Positions 1-4,679 of a stretch of DNA of 5,959 nucleotides are shown here, piece by piece. This stretch comes from a virus. A program made the translations under genes and the position numbers. The DNA lies in IMG/VR virus record IMGVR_UViG_3300007153_000040; one strand, written 5' to 3'. Below the pieces are notes generated by a model. It saw only the letters and a list, made by a program, of their open reading frames with translations, was not told where the DNA came from and searched no databases. Position 1 is the first letter of the stretch. Every line of letters begins with the position of its first letter.

Positions 1-279
1 TATAATACAGGCCATGTCCCTTCATCGGAATTAATTGAAAAATATGAAGATGGTCTCATAGACTATGAAGGATTAGGTAGGGATCGATTTTATGATCCTG
101 TCAAAACTCCTAACGGTTCCCCGCCACTAGCAGGAAAAGACCCAACTACTGACAGCATGGGTATTTTCTATAAGGATGATTTCGGTTACTATAATTGGTA
201 TCGAAACATTGAAGGTGAATACCAGTGGCAAAGAGAAAGTCTAACGGAACGGTCGCAACGCGAAAAGAAAACAAACTGA
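1..279 (+). CDS. VP4: Replication initiation protein, 3'-terminal fragment. Duplicate of 5379..5657 and truncated by the window start.
   Basis: It is in frame from position 1, and 5379 is in frame with the 4680 start. The translation matches the Rep C-terminus (...YNTGHVPSSELIEKYEDGLIDYEG...SQREKKTN*), with the TGA stop at 277..279. Confidence 0.9.
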   Translation, partial: YNTGHVPSSELIEKYEDGLIDYEGLGRDRFYDPVKTPNGSPPLAGKDPTTDSMGIFYKDDFGYYNWYRNIEGEYQWQRESLTERSQREKKTN

Positions 280-581
280 CCACAAGGGCAAGTTCAAGGA
301 TGGATCAAACAACTTTAGTTGCCCCTGATCCTCTGGAACATATGAACGCTTATAGAACGTTCAAACCAAGAATAAGAGAGGCACGAATTCGTGAGAATTC
401 TGAGCCTACAGAAAGATTATCTAATCATAACGATAATCATCAAAAGCATATGGCGCTCAGAGCGGAAGCACATTCATTGCTTCCAAAAGACAGCGTTACA
501 CATAGGTCTCAACTAAAACTAGAGCATGACAATTCACCCCATAAGGTGCGCGATAGAGTTTGCAAAAAAAGACCGGAAAGC
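1..581. repeat. Terminal direct repeat, copy 1, matching 5379..5959. Wrap-around of a circular 5,378-nt genome.
   Basis: Position 1 (tataatacaggccatgtccc) aligns with 5379 and position 581 aligns with 5959, the last base of the window. Several internal stretches compared by eye are identical. The offset is constant at 5,378 nt. Confidence 0.95.
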
Positions 582-641
582 AATGTCAAGGGCAGCGGAG
601 GAGGAAAAAAAGCACGAGTGTTCATACCGTGGTGCAGATAG
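225..641 (+). CDS. Hypothetical hydrophilic, basic protein of 138 aa from GTG 225, or 113 aa from ATG 300. Possibly an internal-scaffolding or DNA-associated protein.
   Basis: The ORF is open to TAG 639..641. GTG 225 is preceded by AGGTGA (213..218) with a 6-nt spacer. The alternative ATG 300 is preceded by AAGGG (284..288). The long form overlaps the Rep 3' end (225..279) in another frame. The sequence is rich in K/R/E/N/S/H with no hydrophobic core, and the C-terminus is basic-aromatic (KKRPESNVKGSGGGKKARVFIPWCR). I recognise no family motif. Confidence 0.6.
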   Translation: MAKRKSNGTVATRKENKLTTRASSRMDQTTLVAPDPLEHMNAYRTFKPRIREARIRENSEPTERLSNHNDNHQKHMALRAEAHSLLPKDSVTHRSQLKLEHDNSPHKVRDRVCKKRPESNVKGSGGGKKARVFIPWCR

Positions 642-687
642 AAAGCGAGCGCACAATTAAAATAGTGCCGTAGCGAGCTTTCTATCT
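636..687. repeat. Imperfect extended hairpin (inverted repeat) overlapping the stop codon of the 225..641 ORF.
   Basis: agatagaaagc (636..646) pairs perfectly with gctttctatct (677..687), giving 11 bp. Inner pairs are gc/gc (649-650 with 673-674) and gcac/gtgc (651..654 with 665..668), around an A/T-rich loop aattaaaata. No U-tract follows. Confidence 0.7.
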
Positions 688-689
688 AT

Positions 690-727
690 TGACAGTGACA
701 GCCGAATTGATTTAGCTGTCACTGTCA
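690..727. repeat. Perfect 13-bp stem with a 12-nt loop, built from tandem TGACAG units. Candidate ssDNA origin or regulatory structure.
   Basis: tgacagtgacagc (690..702) is the exact reverse complement of gctgtcactgtca (715..727). The loop is cgaattgattta (703..714). Each arm is a tandem hexamer (TGACAG x2 / CTGTCA x2). TTGACA lies at 689..694. Confidence 0.85.
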
Positions 728-744
728 CTAATAAGAGGCTAATT

Positions 745-936
745 ATGGAGAACAATATGGTGCGGCGTGTTTTAACGCCGCTTGCTGAAAGACTAGGGAC
801 AGCAGCAGCTGTTTACCTAGTTTCAAAAACTGGCGGTGACGCAAGTTTGGTAAGGGAATTGGCGACTGCGATTGTAGCCATTTCCTTAGTTGGTGCAGAC
901 ATTGTCATCGCTCGACTAATGAGGTCTAAAACGTGA
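745..936 (+). CDS. Small hydrophobic protein of 63 aa. Candidate membrane protein or holin.
   Basis: ATG 745 is preceded by AAGAGG (733..738) with a 6-nt spacer. There is a hydrophobic segment LATAIVAISLVGADIVIARLM (residues 39-59, nt 859..921), a shorter one LGTAAAVYLVS, and a charged C-terminal tail RSKT. The TGA stop overlaps the next gene's GTG start (GTGA at 933..936). Confidence 0.65.
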   Translation: MENNMVRRVLTPLAERLGTAAAVYLVSKTGGDASLVRELATAIVAISLVGADIVIARLMRSKT

Positions 937-1850
937 GTTTTTGGGGCGCAATCGGTTCTATAGGTTCATCCGTTCTAGGTGGACTCTTTGGACGAAAAAA
1001 AAAGGCTGAAAGCTCTACAACTACAAGCTACGTCGATTATGACAGGCTTGTTAGAGATTCAGAAGCAGCAGGGTTTAACCCGCTGACTGCGCTTAGAAAC
1101 GGTGGCTCCGCTGGGTTCTCCGTTTCTACAACTACCTCTCCGAGTACACCGCTATCATCGCCCACCTTGGGCGGTACTGTAGCAAGTGGGATCAATGCTT
1201 TCTTAGAAAACTTTGATCCCCATAAAGATGATGCGAGGGACATAGGATATGGCGTTATCAGGGCGCAATTGCAAAATTTGCAAAATGATCCCCGAAGGAA
1301 AATTGGCTTTGGCGATGTTCCTTCTACTACCGGCCGTAGGGTTGTTTCTTCTTCTCCTGTGCTATCGTCTAGAGATAAAGAAGTAAAATTTAAGGGTTCC
1401 GTTCCCGAAGGTGTCCAGAGAATGGAATTACCGGAAACGGATAACTTAGTAACTACTATCCCAGGCTCTGCCGTTCCTAGCCTTAATCCGTTATCTTCCC
1501 ACCCTCCTGAACTGGAGCGACCAAAGCGACTAAATCCATATCCTTCATATTTAGGATTGGAAATTAACCCGTGGACTTCCTCTGCTGAGGCTTGGGAAGA
1601 TTGGTACGGTGATAACGCTGTCGTTTCACTCGGTGCCACACTCCTTAACGGTTCTCATGATGTTGCGTGGAACAGTTATAGAATGGGCAGATGGGGTTAT
1701 AGAAAAGGCAAAGAACTTTATAAAAATCCGCCATTATCTGCCAAGCGTTTCCGTAAGGAAGATTATCACAATCAAGGCACAAATATTTATGGCTTGCCAT
1801 CAGGTACAATACCGAGTGGCGGCATAGTCCCGAGGCCGAAATTAAAATGA
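933..1850 (+). CDS. VP2: DNA pilot / minor capsid protein (VP2 / protein H-like), 305 aa with a GTG start.
   Basis: GAGG (921..924) lies 8 nt upstream of GTG 933, and there is no in-frame ATG until residue 164. The Gly-rich hydrophobic N-terminus (MSFWGAIGSIGSSVLGGLFGRKKK) followed by AAGFNPLTAL resembles microvirus VP2 N-termini as I recall them. The rest is S/T/P-rich and low complexity. The gene sits immediately upstream of the capsid gene. Confidence 0.82.
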   Translation: MSFWGAIGSIGSSVLGGLFGRKKKAESSTTTSYVDYDRLVRDSEAAGFNPLTALRNGGSAGFSVSTTTSPSTPLSSPTLGGTVASGINAFLENFDPHKDDARDIGYGVIRAQLQNLQNDPRRKIGFGDVPSTTGRRVVSSSPVLSSRDKEVKFKGSVPEGVQRMELPETDNLVTTIPGSAVPSLNPLSSHPPELERPKRLNPYPSYLGLEINPWTSSAEAWEDWYGDNAVVSLGATLLNGSHDVAWNSYRMGRWGYRKGKELYKNPPLSAKRFRKEDYHNQGTNIYGLPSGTIPSGGIVPRPKLK

Positions 1851-1927
1851 AGTGTAAAAGTTGCGCTAAACGAAGAAAAGCAATTAAGCAAACTTTCAAA
1901 AAAATCTTCAAAAGAAAGAAAAAGTAA
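1847..1927 (+). CDS. 26-aa highly basic mini-protein, MKCKSCAKRRKAIKQTFKKIFKRKKK. Candidate J/VP8-like DNA-binding and packaging protein.
   Basis: I translated this by hand because it is below the ORF-track size cut-off. ATG 1847 overlaps the VP2 stop (ATGA), and TAA 1925..1927 overlaps the VP1 start (TAATG). GAGG (1832..1835) lies 11 nt upstream. 14 of 26 residues are K/R and there is a CxxC pair. The position directly before the major capsid gene mirrors gene J in phiX174. Confidence 0.6.
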   Translation: MKCKSCAKRRKAIKQTFKKIFKRKKK

Positions 1928-3567
1928 TGTCACTTTCTAACACCCGTTTAAATACAAATCCTATTTATACTCCGCAGACAATTCGTCGTCAGACAGCGCG
2001 AGGCATAACTAGCGTCGATGCTGGCAAGATGGTTCCTATCGCTGCCTATCCTCTGCTACGCGAAGAAAGTATTGTTTCTGGCCGCGTGCGTTTCAATTTT
2101 GAAATGATGGAAACGGCAGAAATGCTAATGAACGCTGTTAACGTTCGAGTTATGGCGTATTTAGTGCCTACTCTGGCACTTGAGCGTTTCGAAGGCTCTA
2201 TGGATCAGCTGAACCGCTCTTACTCTGGTGAGAGCTTTAAGGATTTGCCAGTCGTCCCATATATTGAAACTCAACTTATGGGCGCACACGGCTCCAATGC
2301 CGTTTATAAATCTATAGGTTTACATGCTCGGCCAAATCAGCGCGTCAATACCATGTATTTGGAAGCCTACAACACTATTTGGAACTTCCGAGCTACAAAC
2401 CGCTCTAAGGATTTGAAAAAGCGTGACAGATTGCAAGCCGATCTCGCACCAGCTTTCTGGCAGCATGAACGATTTAAGCATATCGTTCCTGATTTCGATC
2501 AGGCTGTTATCGATGGTGAAGTGCCGTTAAATGTAACAAACGCTAAGCTGCCAGTGCGCGGCATTGGTTTCAATGCTACAAACAACGGTTGGCGCACAAC
2601 TCAAGACGCTCCGGCTCTCCGTGAGAGCACAGGTAAACTTGGCGTCTCTCCGCATCCTTACCGTTATGACAATCCAACAATTTCAGGACAAAATATCGGT
2701 GGTCAATTCTTCCCCGATATTTTTGCTGAAATGCAAGATAACGGTATTACTGTATCTCTGTCCAACATCGAGCTGGCACGTAAGACACAAGCATTTGCGC
2801 GTCTGCGTGAACAATATAATGGCCACGATGATGAATACATTATCAACCTTCTCATGGATGGTATCACCGTTCCTGAAAAGGCTTTCACACAACCAATGTT
2901 AATTGGTGAACGGAATACAGTATTCGGCATGGCTAAGCGTTATGCAACTGACGGTGCAAATCTGACCGACAGCGTAGTAAACGGTGCGACCTTCGTCGAT
3001 ATGTCTCTACAGTTGCCCCGAATTCCTACAGGTGGCGTTATTATGATTTTGGTGGAAATTACACCAGATCAGATTTTCGAGCGTCAGAAAGACCCGTTCT
3101 TTCATGCGCAAACTGTTGAGGATTTCCCATCGTATCTCCGCGATTACCTCGATCCTGAAAAAGTGTCGGTAGTCCCGAATGATTACATTGACGTCGATCA
3201 CAACAAGCCGACAAGCACCTTCGGTTATGCACCTCTAAACTATGAGTGGCAGCGAGATGCACCATTAGTTGGCGGTAAATTTTACCGTCCTAAAGTGGAT
3301 GCAGGATTTAACGAAGACAGACAAAGAATTTGGGCTGTTGAAACTGCCAATCCTACTTTGTCGGAGAATTTTTATATTTGCTCCGACATTCACAAAAAAC
3401 CTTTCGTTGTTACGAATAAAGACCCGTTTGAAGTTACAAGCACAGGCGAATTGTTAATTCGCGGTTCAACAGTCTTCGGTCAGCAGCTTCACGAAGCTAC
3501 CAACGATTACGATAAAGTCTTGGAAAAAGCGCCAATGGAACGCATCAAGAAAGAGGAAAAGAAATGA
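1927..3567 (+). CDS. VP1: Major capsid protein (Microviridae F / VP1 family), 546 aa.
   Basis: This is the longest ORF. Its size and layout are typical of microvirus capsid proteins. The N-terminal region (...SVDAGKMVPIAAYPLLREESIVSGRVRFNFEM...), the segment YLEAYNTIWNFRA and the mid-protein LSNIELARKTQAFARLREQY parallel phiX174 F segments (YLNIYNNYF; IDIMGLQAAYANLH...) as I recall them. It is flanked by pilot and Rep genes in a roughly 5.4-kb circle. Confidence 0.93.
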   Translation: MSLSNTRLNTNPIYTPQTIRRQTARGITSVDAGKMVPIAAYPLLREESIVSGRVRFNFEMMETAEMLMNAVNVRVMAYLVPTLALERFEGSMDQLNRSYSGESFKDLPVVPYIETQLMGAHGSNAVYKSIGLHARPNQRVNTMYLEAYNTIWNFRATNRSKDLKKRDRLQADLAPAFWQHERFKHIVPDFDQAVIDGEVPLNVTNAKLPVRGIGFNATNNGWRTTQDAPALRESTGKLGVSPHPYRYDNPTISGQNIGGQFFPDIFAEMQDNGITVSLSNIELARKTQAFARLREQYNGHDDEYIINLLMDGITVPEKAFTQPMLIGERNTVFGMAKRYATDGANLTDSVVNGATFVDMSLQLPRIPTGGVIMILVEITPDQIFERQKDPFFHAQTVEDFPSYLRDYLDPEKVSVVPNDYIDVDHNKPTSTFGYAPLNYEWQRDAPLVGGKFYRPKVDAGFNEDRQRIWAVETANPTLSENFYICSDIHKKPFVVTNKDPFEVTSTGELLIRGSTVFGQQLHEATNDYDKVLEKAPMERIKKEEKK

Positions 3568-4094
3568 TTAAGATTGGTGAGATTGACCGTTGGCTGCGTT
3601 TGAAGCCGTCTAGCAGCCTGATGCTTTCAGGCTATGACGCTCGAACAATACGTCTGGACGTTAACTGTCGAGATAAAGCTCGTCTTTATCTTACAGACCA
3701 AATAACAGGCGAGGAACAGTTTCTTGCTACCGTAACAGGCCTCGACCGTGTTGAGTTCGTTAAAGCAGGCAATGTCTGCATCACAACACCTGATGAAGAT
3801 GTGTTTGTTTTTACAAGCGAAGTTGAAGAAACACACCTTCACTTTGACCATCAGGACGTTTATACCCGCATCGCTGAGCGTGCGGCACGAAACACCGATC
3901 TTGAAATTATTCTAGCAAGACAGGCTGAAAATTTTGAAAGACGATTTAACCAAATGGCAGTCGATTTTGAAAATAGACTTGCCTACCAAACAGCCGCACA
4001 AGCTCACTATGAGCCAGAGGGCGTTGCTCCAGCTCCACAACCGGAATCCAAACCGAACGGTGATGAAGGGGCACCCGCTGGAGATAATGAATAG
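3564..4094 (+). CDS. Hypothetical 176-aa protein, function unknown. Candidate scaffolding or spike-type structural protein.
   Basis: ATG 3564 overlaps the VP1 stop (ATGA), with GAGG (3553..3556) 7 nt upstream. The N-terminal half shows alternating, beta-strand-like patterns (TIRLDVNC, RLYLTD, FLATVTG, VEFVKAGNVCITT, VFVFTSEV). The C-terminal half looks helical (RIAERAARNTDLEIILARQAENFERRFNQMAVDFENRLAYQ) and ends in an acidic Pro-rich tail. I recognise no family motif. Confidence 0.72.
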   Translation: MIKIGEIDRWLRLKPSSSLMLSGYDARTIRLDVNCRDKARLYLTDQITGEEQFLATVTGLDRVEFVKAGNVCITTPDEDVFVFTSEVEETHLHFDHQDVYTRIAERAARNTDLEIILARQAENFERRFNQMAVDFENRLAYQTAAQAHYEPEGVAPAPQPESKPNGDEGAPAGDNE

Positions 4095-4608
4095 GTTAAA
4101 CCCTCCGCCAACTGAGGAAATTGAGGTCGTGGATTATTCCACGGCCTTCCGGTCTATGATCGATGAGAATTTCCTCAAATCTATAAAATATAGCGAACAG
4201 CAAATGCGGGCTGATAGAACAGCCGCGCACCCTGATATTCTCGAATTTGAGAAAAAGTTTGTAACTAAATGTTACAAACTTAAAATACCAGTATTTGCAC
4301 ATTGCGTTATGCGAGATAAGCACACGCAAAATGAGCTGTTCGTAAAAGGCCATAGTAAGGCCGTATACGGCAAATCCGCACATAATTACGGATTTGCCGT
4401 TGATATAATACATTCAACCAAGGCTTGGAATTTAGACCGTCTTGCATGGTCTGAATTGGGACATATTGGCAAGGAACTTGCCATACAAGCCGGAATAAAA
4501 ATTGAATGGGGCGGGGATTGGAAGTTTTACGACCCCGCCCACTGGGAAATTAAAAACTGGAAACAGTTTATAGGACCCCAACCCATGCCCCAACTTAATC
4601 TCGATTAG
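4087..4608 (+). CDS. Zinc D-Ala-D-Ala carboxypeptidase-type peptidase, MEROPS family M15 (VanY / Peptidase_M15_4-like). Probable endolysin, 173 aa.
   Basis: It carries the metal-binding signature SAHNYGFAVD (H at 4381..4383, D at 4402..4404) and the downstream WGGDW...DPAHWE (H at 4540..4542), giving the H-x6-D...H triad of M15 / LAS-fold peptidases. The upstream R-x4-QNELF-x-KG is also typical. I chose ATG 4087 as the start because GGAG lies at 4080..4083 and it makes an 8-nt overlap (ATGAATAG) with the upstream stop. The track's 3934 start is a TTG codon with no RBS. There is no N-terminal signal peptide or TM segment. Confidence 0.88.
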   Translation: MNRLNPPPTEEIEVVDYSTAFRSMIDENFLKSIKYSEQQMRADRTAAHPDILEFEKKFVTKCYKLKIPVFAHCVMRDKHTQNELFVKGHSKAVYGKSAHNYGFAVDIIHSTKAWNLDRLAWSELGHIGKELAIQAGIKIEWGGDWKFYDPAHWEIKNWKQFIGPQPMPQLNLD

Positions 4609-4614
4609 TTGGGG
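4588..4614. repeat. 27-nt near-perfect palindrome spanning the peptidase stop codon. Candidate Rep recognition / plus-strand origin hairpin, or a terminator element.
   Basis: ccccaac (4588..4594) pairs with gttgggg (4608..4614). After a 1-nt bulge (t4595), the inner taatc (4596..4600) pairs with gatta (4603..4607). The 5' arm contains CAACTT, the first six bases of the phiX174 origin core CAACTTGATA. Confidence 0.7.
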
Positions 4615-4615
4615 C

Positions 4616-4641
4616 GCATACACATCCTTGAGTGTGTATGC
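4616..4641. repeat. 9-bp perfect hairpin in the peptidase-Rep intergenic region. Possible weak terminator or structural element.
   Basis: gcatacaca (4616..4624) is the exact reverse complement of tgtgtatgc (4633..4641). The loop is tccttgag and the hairpin is followed by aTTTa. It occludes the upstream in-frame GTG 4632 and ATG 4638 codons. Confidence 0.75.
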
Positions 4642-4679
4642 ATTTAGTGACAGGGATTTTCTGGAGAAGGGAACGATTT

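Noticed and set aside
1-581. The terminal repeat read as a biological LTR or att duplication, a prophage boundary or a mobile-element terminus.
   Set aside because: The repeat cuts through the middle of the Rep gene and the downstream ORF and extends exactly to both window edges. No flanking non-phage sequence is present. This pattern is expected from over-assembly of a circular genome.
636-727. The two intergenic hairpins read as Rho-independent terminators.
   Set aside because: Neither stem is followed by a T-run (the downstream sequences are att... and ctaataag...). The first stem is A/T-rich and interrupted. A terminator role cannot be excluded, but it is not the best reading.
689-735. 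Sigma70-type promoter for the structural operon: TTGACA at 689..694, or TTGATT at 707..712 paired with TAATAA at 729..734.
   Set aside because: The TTGACA has no acceptable -10 at 16-18 nt (TTAGCT / TAGCTG). The TTGATT/TAATAA pair would start transcription at or after the AAGAGG RBS of the first gene. Neither is convincing as a duplex promoter, so TTGACA is mentioned only in the hairpin/origin hypothesis.
1037-1639. 200-aa ORF on the minus strand, antisense to the VP2 pilot gene. The other minus-strand ORFs are 1645..1911, 2683..2892, 2703..2930, 3007..3201, 3059..3265, 3627..3851, 4096..4413, 4432..4623, 4595..4819, 4895..5140, 4980..5177 and 5202..5393.
   Set aside because: Each lies fully antisense to a well-supported + strand gene. 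None has a recognisable motif or a convincing RBS. Their translations are low-complexity mirror images of the sense frames. Microviridae are known to transcribe a single strand. These are most simply explained as shadow ORFs.
1609-1827. + strand ORFs nested inside VP2 and VP1 in alternative frames (1609..1827, 2564..2902, 3269..3457), considered as phiX174 E/K-style embedded genes and possible amurins.
   Set aside because: All begin at GTG or TTG codons without an upstream Shine-Dalgarno sequence. None has a clean N-terminal TM helix like protein E. A dedicated peptidase is already present. They cannot be excluded without comparative synonymous-constraint analysis, but the sequence gives no positive support.
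3934-4086. N-terminal extension of the peptidase ORF as given in the track (224 aa from 3934).
   Set aside because: Position 3934 is a TTG codon with no Shine-Dalgarno sequence, and the extension lies wholly inside the 3564..4094 gene in another frame. The recognisable M15 domain fits a roughly 173-aa protein starting at ATG 4087, which has GGAG upstream. ATG 4009 and ATG 4063 remain weak alternatives.
4632-4679. Upstream Rep start at GTG 4632 or ATG 4638 (the track's 341-aa version).
   Set aside because: There is no RBS, and both codons sit inside the 3' arm of the 9-bp hairpin. The added peptide MCMHLVTGIFWRRERF resembles nothing. ATG 4680 has GGAGAAGGG upstream and gives the MC... N-terminus followed by the PCxxCxxCR cluster expected in microvirus Rep proteins.
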